A stretch of 62,982 nt of DNA, filler included. It is 13 parts of 13 records of this genome, joined end to end, with 100 filler letters (N's around TTAATTAATTAA, not from the genome) between each part and the next. Parts side by side here need not be neighbours in the genome. Positions count along the whole stretch, not along the records: positions 45,227 to 53,650 come from SRR11831586_397; positions 53,751 to 56,310 come from SRR11831586_401; positions 56,411 to 59,551 come from SRR11831586_404; 10 more parts are not named here. One strand, written 5' to 3'. The notes under the pieces are model-generated. The model was not told the origin of the DNA and ran no database searches. It worked only from the letters and a program-made list of their open reading frames with translations. The position numbers and the translations under genes were made by a program. Of the stretch, positions 45,715 through 59,651 are shown piece by piece (position 1 is the first letter of the stretch; each line of letters opens with the position of its first letter).

Positions 45715-46660
45715 CGTTAAACTTCGCCGCTTCGGGCTGTTTGCCCCAGCCTTGCCACTGATGCTGGAAGTAAACGATCAGCGTGCTCTGGCTGATGCTT
45801 TCGCTTAATACTTCAAAGAAGCGATTAGCATAAACAGGTTCTATCGGTTTCTTCGGTTTGCACAGCTTCACGCCACGGAACGGATTACGCGGTGCATCAG
45901 GCACAGCGTTTTTCGGCGGTGTAGAAGTATCAACCTGCGGTTCATTCAGCAAGCTGCTGGCTTTCACCAGCGTAATGTCTGGCGGCAGGTTATAAACCAT
46001 CTGTTGCAACACGCGTACCGTTGCAGGGTGAGGATGCCCAATGGCAATGGTCGAACCGTTGCGACGCGCCAGGTCAATTGCGCGATTAAATTGCACACGG
46101 ATGTCCGCTTCATTTTGCGAATCGTCGAGGAATACCTTCCGTTTGATCACCTTCACGCCAGTGCCTTGCGCGGCGCGCATCGCCTGGGTATTACCGATGG
46201 TTACGCTGTCGAGGAAGTAAAGATTGTAACGCTCCAGCGCCTGCATCACTTTCTGCATACCAAACAGGTTAGAGGTCATCTTGCTGCCCATGTGGTTGTT
46301 GATCCCCACGGCATAGGGCACGTTATTGACCGCACTACGAATAATGCGCTCAATTTCGTCGCTGCTCATCTCCGGGCGTAGCGTATTTTTCTCCAGCGGC
46401 TGTTTACTCAACGGTGCCATCGGGAGATGAATCAACACTTCGTGCCCGCTGTTATGCGCTTTGGTCGCCATCTCTCTGGCGTGCGGTGAATCGGGTAATA
46501 CAGCGACGGAGATAGCGGAAGGCATCGCCAGCACCTGGTTTTCGTTGTGCGGGCGATACCCAAAATCATCAATGACGATGGCAAGTTTGCCAGCAAGTAC
46601 GGGGGAGGAGAGCGCCAACAGAGCGGCAAATGCAAGAACGTTACGACGAAATGGAAACAA
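45701..46660 (-). CDS. yibQ: Divergent polysaccharide deacetylase
   Basis: LAIVIDDFG, NNHMGS and IAIGHPH motifs. Confidence 0.94.
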   Translation of the reverse strand: MFPFRRNVLAFAALLALSSPVLAGKLAIVIDDFGYRPHNENQVLAMPSAISVAVLPDSPHAREMATKAHNSGHEVLIHLPMAPLSKQPLEKNTLRPEMSSDEIERIIRSAVNNVPYAVGINNHMGSKMTSNLFGMQKVMQALERYNLYFLDSVTIGNTQAMRAAQGTGVKVIKRKVFLDDSQNEADIRVQFNRAIDLARRNGSTIAIGHPHPATVRVLQQMVYNLPPDITLVKASSLLNEPQVDTSTPPKNAVPDAPRNPFRGVKLCKPKKPIEPVYANRFFEVLSESISQSTLIVYFQHQWQGWGKQPEAAKFNASAN

Positions 46661-46663
46661 AAC

Positions 46664-47923
46664 TTATCTTCCCAACCACGGCTGTGGATTGACCGCCTGA
46701 CCCTGGCGGCGAATTTCGAAATAGAGTGAAGGCCGACCCTGACCGCCACTGCTGCCCACCAGTGCAATCGGCTGGCCCGCGCGAACCTGCGAACCAACGC
46801 TCACCAGTGCGCTCTGATTATAGCCGTAAAGACTCATGTCGCCTTTACCATGCTCAACCACCACCACCAGACCGTAGCCTTGCAGCCAGTCAGCCAGAAT
46901 CACCCGACCGTCGGCAATCGCTTTAACTTCAGTACCTTCAGAAGCACCGATAACCATACCTTTCCAGCGTAATTCACCCTGTAGCTGTTCGCCATAGCGA
47001 TGCAGCGTCGGCCCGCGAACCGGCCAGAATGCCTGACCACGCGGCGCGCCCAGACCACCGGTACGGGACATCAGCGATTTTTCGCTTTCGGTCGGTTTGT
47101 AGGTGGTGCCTTTGCGCGTCGCTTCTTTCTGGCGGTCGCGAACCGCCTGGGCCTCACGTGCTTCTCGTTCTGCACGCGCTTTCGCCGCGGCTTCCGCACG
47201 GGCAATGCTGTTACGCAGACGGGATTCGTTGGCGCGCAGCTCGCTCAACTGTTGCTGACCTTGCTGGATGGAAGACTCCAGCCCTGCCAGCGTCTTTTTA
47301 CGCTCGTTCAGCGCCTGAGTCAGTTTCGCCTGTTGGGCGCGCTGCTCATATAACAGCGTTTGTTGCTCGCTCTGTTTCTCTTCCAGTTCAGCACGCTGCA
47401 TGGCGACTTCTTCACGCGTTTGCTTCAACTGGGCAATGGTTTCTTGTCGCGCCTGGTTGAGATAGCCGAAATAAGCCTGTAAACGCTGTCCACGCTGGCT
47501 TTCTTCACCGCTGAGAATCAGCTGAATACCGGTATGCTCGCCCTGACGGAATGCGGCATCCAGTTGTGCGGCGAGGCTGCGCTCCTGGGCGGCTTTTTGC
47601 TGCTCCAGTTTGGCAATCGACGCGTTCATCTCATCAATCTGTTTATTGAGTTGATTGAGCGTGTTTTGCGTTTCGCGCAGCTTACGGGTGGCTTCAGAGA
47701 TCGCTTCTTCCTGCTTTTTCAATTGTGCGAGCAGGCTTGCGCGTTGTTGTTGCTTTTGGCGTACCGCGCGCTCTTTTGCGGCGATGTCAGCCTGAATAGA
47801 TTTGAGTTGGTCACGCTCATCCGCGTGGGCGGAAAAGGCGCACAACAATACGCCAGCGCTAAGAACGCTGGCGTAGATGATGGGCCTGATTGCAAACCTG
47901 CGCGGTTTCACGGCCCGTGTCAT
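46664..47923 (-). CDS. envC: Murein hydrolase activator EnvC (alternative start 47947)
   Basis: Coiled coil plus degenerate LytM/M23 domain. Confidence 0.96.
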   Translation of the reverse strand: MTRAVKPRRFAIRPIIYASVLSAGVLLCAFSAHADERDQLKSIQADIAAKERAVRQKQQQRASLLAQLKKQEEAISEATRKLRETQNTLNQLNKQIDEMNASIAKLEQQKAAQERSLAAQLDAAFRQGEHTGIQLILSGEESQRGQRLQAYFGYLNQARQETIAQLKQTREEVAMQRAELEEKQSEQQTLLYEQRAQQAKLTQALNERKKTLAGLESSIQQGQQQLSELRANESRLRNSIARAEAAAKARAEREAREAQAVRDRQKEATRKGTTYKPTESEKSLMSRTGGLGAPRGQAFWPVRGPTLHRYGEQLQGELRWKGMVIGASEGTEVKAIADGRVILADWLQGYGLVVVVEHGKGDMSLYGYNQSALVSVGSQVRAGQPIALVGSSGGQGRPSLYFEIRRQGQAVNPQPWLGR

Positions 47924-47956
47924 GGTATTAATCGCCTTTCCCCTCATGGGGAGGGA

Positions 47957-49502
47957 TTATTCCACGATGAACAGCGGCTTACCAGTCATCTCTTGCGGGA
48001 TTTCCATACCCATCAGCGACAACATGGTCGGCGCGATGTCAGAAAGTTTGCCGCCTTCAACCGCTTTCACGTTCTTATCACCAACGTAAATCAGCGGAAC
48101 TGGCAGGTTGGTGTGTGCCGTGTGTGCCTGACCCGTTGCCGGATCGCGCATCTGCTCAGCGTTACCGTGGTCAGCGGTGATCAGCAGTTGTCCACCCACG
48201 GACTCAACCGCTTTCGCGACTTCTTCCACGCAGTGATCCAGCGCTTCAACCGCTTTAACCGCCGCTTCCATCACCCCGGTGTGACCTACCATGTCGCCGT
48301 TCGGATAGTTACAGATGATGGTGTCGTATTTGCCGCTCTTGATGGCCGCAACCAGTTTTTCGGTCAGCTCTGCGGAGCTCATTTCCGGTTGCAGATCGTA
48401 GGTAGCCACTTTCGGTGAGTTGATCAGAATGCGATCTTCGCCTTTGAACGACTCTTCTACGCCACCGTTGAAGAAGAAAGTAACGTGGGCATATTTTTCG
48501 GTTTCGGAAATACGCAACTGAGTTTTGTCGTTTTTCGCCATCCACTCGCCGAAGGTGTTAACCAGGGAAGCGGGTGGGTAAGCAACCGCAGTTTTGATGT
48601 CAGCGGCGTATTCGGTCAGCATCACGAAATCGACGTTAACCACTTTCTTACGCGCGAAGCCATCGAAATCAGCGTTCACGAAAGCACGAGTGATTTCACG
48701 CGCGCGGTCAGCACGGAAGTTCATGAAAATCAGTGCATCGCCGTCTTCCATTGCCGCGTCTGGCTGACCTTCAGCACGGATAACGGTCGCTTTCACGAAT
48801 TCATCATTTTCGTCGCGAGCATAAGCAGCCTGCAAACCAGCAACGGCGGTATCGGCCTGGAACTCGCCCTGCGCCAGAGTCAGCAGGTCATAAGCTTTTT
48901 CTACGCGATCCCAACGGTTATCGCGGTCCATCGCGTAGTAACGACCAATGATGGACGCTACGCGGCCTTTGCCCAGCGCGGCAAATTTTTCTTCGAATTT
49001 TTTCAGCGAGGATTCAGCACTGCGCGGCGGAGTGTCGCGACCGTCAAGGAATGCGTGCAGGTAGAGTTTTTTCTGCGCCGCGTTCAGCTGCCAGTTCTAC
49101 CATCGCCATGATGTGATCTTCGTGGCTGTGTACGCCGCCTGCGGAGAGCAGACCCATAATGTGTACCGCTTTGCCTGCGTTTTTCGCTTTATCTACCGCG
49201 CCAGTCAGCACCGGATTAGCAAAGAAAGCGCGATCTTTGATTTCAACGTCCAGACGAGTCAGGTCCTGATACACGATGCGGCCGGCACCCAGGTTAACGT
49301 GGCCTACTTCGGAGTTACCCATCTGACGGTCAGGCAGACCGACTTCCAGACCGGAAGCGTCGATTAGGGTATGCGGACGATTGGCCCACAGTGCATCCAT
49401 TACCGGGGTTTTAGCACTAAAAATGGCGTTATCCTGCTGTTCTTCGCGATAGCCATAGCCATCCAGAATCACCAGTACCATAGGTTTTTTAGAAACCAAC
49501 AT
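47957..49502 (-). CDS. gpmM: 2,3-bisphosphoglycerate-independent phosphoglycerate mutase, apparent +1 frameshift near 49066
   Basis: [15 protein letters not shown] and GNSEVGH in one frame, the remainder (TADHGN) in another; span 1546 nt. Confidence 0.93.
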
Positions 49503-49747
49503 TGCGACAACCTCATACTCAAGAGTCAAAATTTGCGTAATTTTACTACAGCTGAATCGATAAAATAGCCTCTGAAGATCAAAATATACGACCGCTCGCG
49601 GCAAGCCGATGCCAGATTTACGCTTTTTTTTCGTTCGCGCCCCGCAAAATTGCATTCCAGTTAACGCGCTGGCTGTATTTGCCGCACCGCGCAGGTATAC
49701 TCCTTTCCTGGTTTTTTTAATCACTACGTCGGGAGTTGTTACCCCCC

Positions 49748-50179
49748 ATGCAAGAAATTATGCAATTTGTTGGCCGTCATCCCATACTGAGTATCGCCTG
49801 GATCGCGTTACTGGTGGCGGTTCTTGTGACTACGTTTAAGAGCCTGACCTCGAAAGTGAAGGTGATTACTCGTGGTGAAGCTACGCGTCTGATCAACAAA
49901 GAAGACGCTGTGGTTGTGGATTTACGTCAGCGTGATGACTTCCGTAAAGGCCATATCGCAGGTTCTATTAATCTGTTGCCGAGCGAAATCAAAGCCAACA
50001 ATGTTGGTGAGCTTGAGAAGCACAAAGACAAACCGGTTATCGTGGTAGACGGTTCTGGCATGCAGTGCCAGGAGCCTGCAAACGCACTGACGAAAGCTGG
50101 TTTTGCGCAAGTATTCGTGCTGAAAGAAGGCGTCGCTGGCTGGGCTGGCGAAAACTTGCCTTTGGTGCGCGGCAAATAA
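49748..50179 (+). CDS. yibN: Rhodanese-like membrane protein
   Basis: N-terminal TM and GHIAGSINL motif. Confidence 0.94.
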
Positions 50180-50320
50180 TTTACCTGTCGTCTTTCATGA
50201 TGCAGGCCGTTAGCTGCAATTAGGCCCCCAGCGACTTATTGTTATAAGCTTCTGGGGACACTCCATTTTGCTGCCGCCCTGCAACATGAAATTTCAGGGT
50301 AAAAAAACAGGAGCTAATTT

Positions 50321-50572
50321 ATGGCCAATGTTGAAATCTATACCAAAGAAACCTGCCCGTATTGCCATCGTGCAAAAGCACTGCTGAGCAGCAAGGGCGT
50401 GAGTTTCCAGGAGCTGCCGATCGATGGCAACGCCGCCAAGCGTGAAGAGATGATCAAACGCAGCGGTCGCACCACGGTTCCCCAGATTTTTATTGACGCA
50501 CAGCACATTGGCGGCTGTGATGACTTGTATGCATTGGATGCACGTGGTGGACTGGATCCCCTGCTGAAATAA
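50321..50572 (+). CDS. grxC: Glutaredoxin 3
   Basis: CPYC and TVPQIFI motifs. Confidence 0.97.
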
Positions 50573-50634
50573 CGTGTGAACGTTGGCATTACATTGCGCA
50601 GTATTTAAGGACAACACTTAAGGGTTTTCTACAC

Positions 50635-51102
50635 ATGTCAGAACAAAACAACACTGAAATGACTTTCCAGATCCAACGTATTTATACCAAGGATATCTCT
50701 TTCGAAGCGCCGAACGCGCCGCACGTTTTCCAGAAAGATTGGCAACCAGAAGTTAAACTTGATCTGGATACGGCATCTTCCCAACTGGCAGATGACGTAT
50801 ACGAAGTGGTACTGCGTGTTACCGTAACGGCCTCTTTGGGCGAAGAAACCGCGTTCCTGTGTGAAGTTCAGCAGGGCGGTATTTTCTCCATCGCGGGTAT
50901 CGAAGGCACCCAGATGGCGCATTGCCTGGGAGCATACTGCCCGAACATTCTGTTCCCGTATGCTCGTGAGTGCATCACCAGCATGGTATCCCGCGGTACA
51001 TTCCCGCAACTGAACCTTGCGCCGGTTAACTTCGATGCGCTGTTCATGAACTATTTGCAGCAGCAGGCTGGCGAAGGTACTGAAGAACATCAGGATGCCT
51101 GA
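50635..51102 (+). CDS. secB: Protein export chaperone SecB
   Basis: IYTKDISFE and [10 protein letters not shown] motifs. Confidence 0.98.
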
Positions 51103-52121
51103 TGAACCAACGTAATGCTTCAATGACTGTGATCGGTGCCGGCTCGTACGGCACCGCTCTTGCCATCACCCTGGCAAGAAATGGCCACGAGGTTGTCCTC
51201 TGGGGCCATGACCCTGAACATATCGCAACGCTTGAACGCGACCGCTGTAACGCCGCGTTTCTCCCCGATGTGCCTTTTCCCGATACGCTCCATCTTGAAA
51301 GCGATCTCGCCACTGCGCTGGCAGCCAGCCGTAATATTCTCGTCGTCGTACCCAGCCATGTCTTTGGTGAAGTGCTGCGCCAGATTAAACCACTGATGCG
51401 TCCTGATGCGCGTCTGGTGTGGGCGACCAAAGGGCTGGAAGCGGAAACCGGACGTCTGTTACAGGACGTGGCGCGTGAGGCCTTAGGCGATCAAATTCCG
51501 CTGGCGGTTATCTCTGGCCCAACGTTTGCGAAAGAACTGGCGGCAGGTTTACCGACAGCTATTTCGCTGGCCTCGACCGATCAGACCTTTGCCGATGATC
51601 TCCAGCAGCTGCTGCACTGCGGCAAAAGTTTCCGCGTTTACAGCAATCCGGATTTCATTGGCGTGCAGCTTGGCGGCGCGGTGAAAAACGTTATTGCCAT
51701 TGGTGCGGGGATGTCCGACGGTATCGGTTTTGGTGCGAATGCGCGTACGGCGCTGATCACCCGTGGGCTGGCTGAAATGTCGCGTCTTGGTGCGGCGCTG
51801 GGTGCCGACCCTGCCACCTTTATGGGCATGGCGGGGCTTGGCGATCTGGTGCTTACCTGTACCGACAACCAGTCGCGTAACCGCCGTTTTGGCATGATGC
51901 TCGGTCAGGGCATGGATGTACAAAGCGCGCAGGAGAAGATTGGTCAGGTGGTGGAAGGCTACCGCAATACGAAAGAAGTCCGCGAACTGGCGCATCGCTT
52001 CGGCGTTGAAATGCCAATAACCGAGGAAATTTATCAAGTATTATATTGCGGAAAAAACGCGCGCGAGGCAGCATTGACTTTACTAGGTCGTGCACGCAAG
52101 GACGAGCGCAGCAGCCACTAA
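51102..52121 (+). CDS. gpsA: NAD(P)H-dependent glycerol-3-phosphate dehydrogenase
   Basis: [16 protein letters not shown] and SRN motifs. Confidence 0.98.
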   Translation: MNQRNASMTVIGAGSYGTALAITLARNGHEVVLWGHDPEHIATLERDRCNAAFLPDVPFPDTLHLESDLATALAASRNILVVVPSHVFGEVLRQIKPLMRPDARLVWATKGLEAETGRLLQDVAREALGDQIPLAVISGPTFAKELAAGLPTAISLASTDQTFADDLQQLLHCGKSFRVYSNPDFIGVQLGGAVKNVIAIGAGMSDGIGFGANARTALITRGLAEMSRLGAALGADPATFMGMAGLGDLVLTCTDNQSRNRRFGMMLGQGMDVQSAQEKIGQVVEGYRNTKEVRELAHRFGVEMPITEEIYQVLYCGKNAREAALTLLGRARKDERSSH

Positions 52122-52200
52122 CCCCAGGGAACCTTTGTTACCGCTATGACCCGGCCCGCGCAGAACGGGCCGGTCATTATCTCATCGTGTGGAGTAAGCA

Positions 52201-53022
52201 ATGTCGTGTGAAGAACTGGAAATTGTCTGGAACAATATTAAAGCCGAAGCCAGAACGCTGGCGGACTGTGAGCCAATGCTGGCCAGTTTTTACCACGCGA
52301 CGCTACTCAAGCACGAAAACCTTGGCAGTGCACTGAGCTACATGCTGGCGAACAAGCTGTCATCGCCAATTATGCCTGCTATTGCTATCCGTGAAGTGGT
52401 GGAAGAAGCCTACGCCGCTGACCCGGAAATGATCGCCTCTGCGGCCTGTGATATTCAGGCGGTGCGTACCCGCGACCCGGCAGTCGATAAATACTCAACC
52501 CCGTTGTTATACCTGAAGGGTTTTCATGCCTTGCAGGCCTATCGCATCGGTCACTGGTTGTGGAATCAGGGGCGTCGCGCACTGGCAATCTTTCTGCAAA
52601 ACCAGGTTTCTGTGACGTTCCAGGTCGATATTCACCCGGCAGCAAAAATTGGTCGCGGTATCATGCTTGACCACGCGACAGGCATCGTCGTTGGTGAAAC
52701 GGCGGTGATTGAAAACGACGTATCGATTCTGCAATCTGTGACGCTTGGCGGTACGGGTAAATCTGGTGGTGACCGTCACCCGAAAATTCGTGAAGGTGTG
52801 ATGATTGGCGCGGGCGCGAAAATCCTCGGCAATATTGAAGTTGGGCGCGGCGCGAAGATTGGCGCAGGTTCCGTGGTGCTGCAACCGGTGCCGCCGCATA
52901 CCACCGCCGCTGGCGTTCCGGCTCGTATTGTCGGTAAACCAGACAGCGATAAGCCATCAATGGATATGGACCAGCATTTCAACGGTATTAACCATACATT
53001 TGAGTATGGGGATGGGATCTAA
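52201..53022 (+). CDS. cysE: Serine acetyltransferase
   Basis: DIHPAA, DHATG and hexapeptide repeats. Confidence 0.98.
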   Translation: MSCEELEIVWNNIKAEARTLADCEPMLASFYHATLLKHENLGSALSYMLANKLSSPIMPAIAIREVVEEAYAADPEMIASAACDIQAVRTRDPAVDKYSTPLLYLKGFHALQAYRIGHWLWNQGRRALAIFLQNQVSVTFQVDIHPAAKIGRGIMLDHATGIVVGETAVIENDVSILQSVTLGGTGKSGGDRHPKIREGVMIGAGAKILGNIEVGRGAKIGAGSVVLQPVPPHTTAAGVPARIVGKPDSDKPSMDMDQHFNGINHTFEYGDGI

Positions 53023-53035
53023 TGTCCTGTGATCG

Positions 53036-53069
53036 TGCCGGATGCGATGTAATCATCTATCCGGCCTAC
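53036..53069. repeat. REP-like palindrome between cysE and trmL
   Basis: TGCCGGATGCG...TATCCGGCCTAC. Confidence 0.7.
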
Positions 53070-53074
53070 AGTAA

Positions 53075-53548
53075 CTAATCTCTCAATACCGCTCCCGGAT
53101 ACCCCAACTGCCGCCAGGCTTCATACACCACTACCGACACCGCATTGGACAGATTCATGCTGCGGCTGTCCGGCACCATCGGAATGCGAATTTTTTGTTC
53201 AGCGGGCAGGGCATCAAGAATGCTCGCTGGCAGGCCGCGTGTTTCCGGGCCGAACATCAGATAATCGCCATCCTGATAGCTTACGGCGCTGTGAGCAGGT
53301 GTACCTTTCGTGGTGAGGGCGAACAGGCGCTGGGGATTTTCTGCTTCGAGGAACGCGCGATAGTCATGATGACGCGTAACGGCGGTAAACTCGTGATAGT
53401 CCAGCCCCGCGCGGCGCAGGCGCTTATCGTCCCAGGCAAATCCCATCGGTTCGATGATATGCAGACGAAAGCCGGTATTAGCGCAAAGACGGATGATGTT
53501 GCCAGTATTTGGCGGAATTTCTGGTTCGTAAAGTACGATGTTTAGCAT
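53075..53548 (-). CDS. trmL: tRNA (cytidine/uridine-2'-O)-methyltransferase
   Basis: [19 protein letters not shown] and SMNLSN SPOUT motifs. Confidence 0.97.
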   Translation of the reverse strand: MLNIVLYEPEIPPNTGNIIRLCANTGFRLHIIEPMGFAWDDKRLRRAGLDYHEFTAVTRHHDYRAFLEAENPQRLFALTTKGTPAHSAVSYQDGDYLMFGPETRGLPASILDALPAEQKIRIPMVPDSRSMNLSNAVSVVVYEAWRQLGYPGAVLRD

Positions 53549-53605
53549 ACTGCCCCCTTAGTGCGGGGGCAGGATAGCAGAAAATTGGTGAGCAGTGCGG
53601 CCTTT

Positions 53606-53650
53606 TCCCCTCACCCCGGCCCTCTCTCCGGAGGGGCGAGGGAGAAAAAA
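53606..53650. repeat. BoxC-like intergenic repeat at contig end
   Basis: CCCCTCACCCCGGCCCTCTC...GAGGGGCGAGGG pyrimidine/purine palindrome. Confidence 0.55.
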
Positions 53651-53750
53651 NNNNNNNNNNNNNNNNNNNNNNNNNNNNNNNNNNNNNNNNNNNNTTAATT
53701 AATTAANNNNNNNNNNNNNNNNNNNNNNNNNNNNNNNNNNNNNNNNNNNN

Positions 53751-53826
53751 CCGGATAAGGCGTTAACGCCGCATCCGGCAATGGTGAACGATGCCTGATG
53801 CGACGCTCACGCGTCTTATCAGGCCA
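53751..53826. repeat. REP/BIME pair at contig start
   Basis: CCGGATAAGGCGTTAACGCCGCATCCGGCA followed by GCCTGATGCGACGCTCACGCGTCTTATCAGGCC. Confidence 0.9.
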
Positions 53827-53839
53827 GGTAATCTGTCTT

Positions 53840-54538
53840 TTACATCATTTCAATCACATCATCATCGCCAGGCTTACCGCCACTTAGCGCTTCGTCGAAA
53901 TAATGTTTCGGAATGGTATAACGCAAGTGATCCAGGGCAAATTGCATACTGCGATTGTCGATCGCATGGCCTAAATCCTCCACGATATCCAGCGTCACGT
54001 CACCACCGGCACTGATTAACGCTTCCTGCGCCGCAACCGCATGCGCCAGATCGATAACCGGATCTTCACCGCCATGAATCAGGTGAATTGTCGTGGCTGT
54101 AGACGCAGTTTCCGGCAGGCTCGCATAGCGTCCGTTAAAAGCAATGACGCGTGAAGCAAGGCCCGGTTCGGCTTTAATGCTCTCCAGCACCATAATCGCG
54201 CCTTGAGAGAAACCGATGAGCGCCGTGGCGTTAGCCCCTACTCCGCTCTGTTTCTGCCAGTAGCGCACCGTTTCAATAAACGTCGGCATGATCGCATCCA
54301 CACGCGCCTGGCGATTATCTTCCGTAATACCCTGCACCGAAAACCACTGACGCCCCGCCGGATTACCGCTCGGCTCCGCGCCACCGACACTCACCACCAG
54401 CGCATCAGGAAACAGCGGTGCAAACCAGTTGCCTATTTCCCCCATTGCCACCGGGTTATCCCCGACACCGTGGAAAAGCAGTAACAACTGTTGCGCAGGT
54501 TTATCCGGGCTTTGAACAACAAAATGGTCATGTTTCAT
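53840..54538 (-). CDS. ypfH: Esterase YpfH
   Basis: HGVG and GFSQG alpha/beta-hydrolase motifs. Confidence 0.93.
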   Translation of the reverse strand: MKHDHFVVQSPDKPAQQLLLLFHGVGDNPVAMGEIGNWFAPLFPDALVVSVGGAEPSGNPAGRQWFSVQGITEDNRQARVDAIMPTFIETVRYWQKQSGVGANATALIGFSQGAIMVLESIKAEPGLASRVIAFNGRYASLPETASTATTIHLIHGGEDPVIDLAHAVAAQEALISAGGDVTLDIVEDLGHAIDNRSMQFALDHLRYTIPKHYFDEALSGGKPGDDDVIEMM

Positions 54539-54611
54539 GGCGAACTCCTTAACTGATGTCATTAATTTTACGCCGCTGACTCACAATGACCATGAGATAA
54601 AATTGAAGGAG

Positions 54612-56310
54612 TCAGTGAAATAATTGCCATTGCGTTATGCGATCGCGCAGACGCTCAGTGCGAACATCATTAAGTGCGAACAGCGCCTGCGCGGCCTCTT
54701 CCCGCTGACGGACCAGTAACATCTTGCGGCCTGAAAGTTTAAGTGTGGTACATAACTGCGCATCACTGGCGTTTTTCTGTAAACGCCCACGCAGCGCCGG
54801 TAATGCCAGTTCACTGGTTTGTAACAGACGCAATAAGCAACCTAACGACGTTAATAGCGGACGATGAGCGAAAGCAAAACCGGCCAGTTCAAGCCAGTCG
54901 TCGTCAGAAAGGACGGCATCGTTTAGTGGATCAACAGGAAGCGTTTCGCCATTCCACTGCGCGAGAGCTTGCGCATCGCGACGTAAACGGTAATGCTCAC
55001 GTTCAGCCAGCTGTTTACCCGCATCACTCATCGGTAACAGCGCCATCGCCGTATAGCAACCGCTGCTGGCTTCCCGATGATTACCCATCCGCACCAGCAC
55101 AAAACCGCAGCGTTGCCAGAAACGCCATAACTCCCCGGTGTAACCAAAACTCACCGAAAGATAGTCGAGGTCTTGCGTATATTGCAAAGCACCAGCAATA
55201 AGTTGCCGCCCTGTGCCTTCCCGCTGACGAGCCGGATGAACTGCTATCCGGCTGACCCGCCGTCCACGCAATGTCGCCGCCAGTGGATTGTTGCCGTGCG
55301 CCGCCAGCGACTGGGCCACCAGATTACCCCGCGGGCGACGAAAACCTGCCCATACCGCCTGACTGAGTTGTTGAGATAATCCACCCTCATCCACCAGCCA
55401 CAGCGCCCCGGCAATCTCGTTTTCGCCAGCCGCCTGTAAAAAATGTTGCCCTGGTGCATCCATCATCCGGCGTAAATCCAGCGGCGAAGTCCGATAGTGC
55501 GCACCAGACAAGAGCTGATAAACCTTTAACGGCGTTTCTGGATCGCTTTGCCATAACGTCTGTTCAAATGCGGAAATGACAATATTGCCTTGTGGTGTAT
55601 GGGTGAAGTTTTCATCGTCAAAAACCAGTGCCTCGCTGACCATTTTTTCCAGCGGGCATCCCTGCGCCCAGCGGATCGGCTGTTGCAGTTCAAAACGGTG
55701 TAAATGCGGAAAGCGAGCGCAAAATTTCAGCAAAAAACCACGTCCGGTGCCTTCGTAGCCCTGCACCGTAGTGGTTAACAACGTTCGAGGAAAACGCGAT
55801 ACCAGTTGATGCAACAATGGCGCAGGTATGGCTGCGGCTTCATCGACCACCAGCCAGTCGGCTTGCTCATCGCTGGCTAACAAGGCATCCGGCGCAATAA
55901 AGCGAAACTTCTCGCCCGCAAATTGTGCCAGTACATCCGTTGACGCTTTTGCGGGCGCGGTGACAATCGCTCTGCCCGCAATACGAGAAATGAGTTGCCC
56001 TGCCAACGCCGACTTACCGCGCCCACGCGCAGCCGTTACCGCTGCCACGCCCGGCGGCATGGTCATTAGCTGCTTTAAGAGTTGCTGTTGTTCTGGTTGT
56101 GGTGCGCCAGTCGCGGGGTACCAGTCAGTACGGGGAGTAAAATGCGCCAACGAGAATGGCTGGTTTTGCCGCCAGAGGATAGCCTCGTTATCCGCCGTAA
56201 GTACGCGTTTGAGATGCTGGACAAAATGCGGCGTCGCAATAGGGTCAGGGCAATCACTCCAGCGCAGCGAGTCGGCATCAGGTTGGTTTTCCCACTCTTC
56301 CCATACAGGG
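54612..56310 (-). CDS. tmcA: tRNA(Met) cytidine acetyltransferase, 5'-truncated
   Basis: ARGRGKS, DEAA, GYEGTGRGF helicase-like part plus GNAT RIAVHP..QREGTG. Confidence 0.96.
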
Positions 56311-56410
56311 NNNNNNNNNNNNNNNNNNNNNNNNNNNNNNNNNNNNNNNNNNNNTTAATTAATTAANNNNNNNNNNNNNNNNNNNNNNNNNNNNNNNNNN
56401 NNNNNNNNNN

Positions 56411-57238
56411 ATAACCGTCGGCGTACCCTGCGGCGACAATGCCGATTCGCTGTTCATCGCGCGCAGTATAGCGACCGCCGTAGCCCACACGCTCGCCCGC
56501 TTTTAGCGTCTGGACACCAATAATCTCACTGCTTAGCGTCATCACCGGACGTAATCCGGTATTGGCGATATCACGCCACTGACCGGACGGCGAAGCGCCA
56601 TACAAAATAATGCCAGGCCGAACCCAGTCAAAATGCGCTTCCGGGTGCCACAGAGTCGCCGCCGAATTGGACAACGAACGCCGACACTCCAGCCCCTCCG
56701 CCGCCTGCTCAATACGCGCCATCGCGCCGGAAATTCCATCAGGATGTTCCGCTTCGGCAAAATGCGACATCAGAGTCATTTCGCCAACATTCGCCATTGC
56801 CCGCAACTGCTGCCAGACGGTAAGCACGCGATCGGGCTGGAAGCCCAACCGATTCATCCCACTGTTCACTTTAAGATAAATATCCAACGGTGCTTTTAGC
56901 CGCGCATTTTGCAGTGCTTTGAGCTGCCAGTTGCTGTGTACGCAGGTGGTCAGGCGGTGCTGGTCATAAATCTCCAGATCCTGAGCATGGAAAAATCCTT
57001 CCAGCATCAGGATCGGTCCTTTCCAGCCGCGCTCACGTAACGTTATTGCCTCTTCCAGGTTAAGCAATGCAAAGCCATCGGTGGCCCCGATCGCGCTCCA
57101 GATACGCTCAATACCATGCCCGTAAGCGTTCGCTTTTACCACCGACCAGACGCGCGCGTGCGTCGCGGCCTGGCGGACAATGGACAGATTCTGTTTTAAT
57201 GCCTGCAGATCGAGGCTGGCCTGTATCGGACGGGTCAT
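56411..57238 (-). CDS. dadX: Catabolic alanine racemase, 3'-truncated
   Basis: VVKANAYGHG PLP motif. Confidence 0.96.
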
Positions 57239-57247
57239 CTCGTTTCC

Positions 57248-58591
<1,344 letters not shown>

Positions 58592-58640
58592 TCACATCTT
58601 GATAACTCAGTTGAAAATATTATTCAACATGCGGCTTTTT

Positions 58641-58662
58641 TATGGTGAGCTGGCTCACATCT
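58641..58662. promoter_or_regulatory. CRP-like site upstream of dadA
   Basis: GGTGA-N6-TCACA. Confidence 0.6.
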
Positions 58663-58875
58663 CCCTGACTCTGCGGCAATATGGCGTCTTTAGTATCTCC
58701 TGCTGAACGCCCTTTTTATCCAGCATAAAATTCCGTTCAGAAGCGGATTAGTGGCACTCTGATAATAAGAAATCGCAAAGAAAAAAATTCTCCGGCGACG
58801 CGGTTTTTAACAGGTGTTCTATGCTTGAAATGAGGTGCTCCACACAGAGAGCGCCGACAACAATGAGGTGCGCGT

Positions 58876-59551
58876 ATGGCGACGATCGATTCTATGAATA
58901 AGGACACCACACGTTTGAGCGATGGACCCGACTGGACGTTCGACCTGCTGGATGTTTATCTGGCAGAGATAGACCGGGTGGCGAAACTCTACCGGCTGGA
59001 TACCTACCCGCACCAGATTGAAGTGATAACCTCAGAACAGATGATGGATGCCTACTCCAGCGTCGGCATGCCAATTAACTATCCGCACTGGTCATTCGGT
59101 AAAAAGTTTATCGAGACTGAACGGCTGTATAAGCACGGTCAGCAAGGACTGGCCTATGAAATCGTCATTAACTCTAACCCGTGTATCGCTTACCTGATGG
59201 AAGAGAACACCATTACCATGCAAGCGCTGGTGATGGCTCATGCCTGCTATGGGCATAACTCTTTCTTCAAAAACAATTACTTATTCCGTAGCTGGACCGA
59301 CGCCAGTTCGATTGTCGATTATCTGATTTTTGCCCGTAAATATATTACCGAGTGCGAAGAGCGTTATGGCGTTGATGAAGTAGAACGGCTTCTGGACTCG
59401 TGCCACGCGCTGATGAACTACGGCGTGGACCGGTACAAACGCCCGCAAAAAATCTCGCTGCAAGAAGAGAAAGCCCGGCAGAAAAGTCGCGAAGAGTATC
59501 TGCAAAGTCAGGTCAATATGCTCTGGCGTACCCTGCCGAAGCGCGAGGAAG
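58876..59551 (+). CDS. ycgB: SpoVR family protein, 3'-truncated
   Basis: YEIVINSNPC and HACYGHNSFFKNN motifs. Confidence 0.94.
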
Positions 59552-59651
59552 NNNNNNNNNNNNNNNNNNNNNNNNNNNNNNNNNNNNNNNNNNNNTTAAT
59601 TAATTAANNNNNNNNNNNNNNNNNNNNNNNNNNNNNNNNNNNNNNNNNNNN

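Noticed and set aside
53075-56310. trmL and tmcA as part of an RNA-modification cluster with PCIF1/FTO
   Set aside because: They are standard E. coli genes on separate contigs from a different organism
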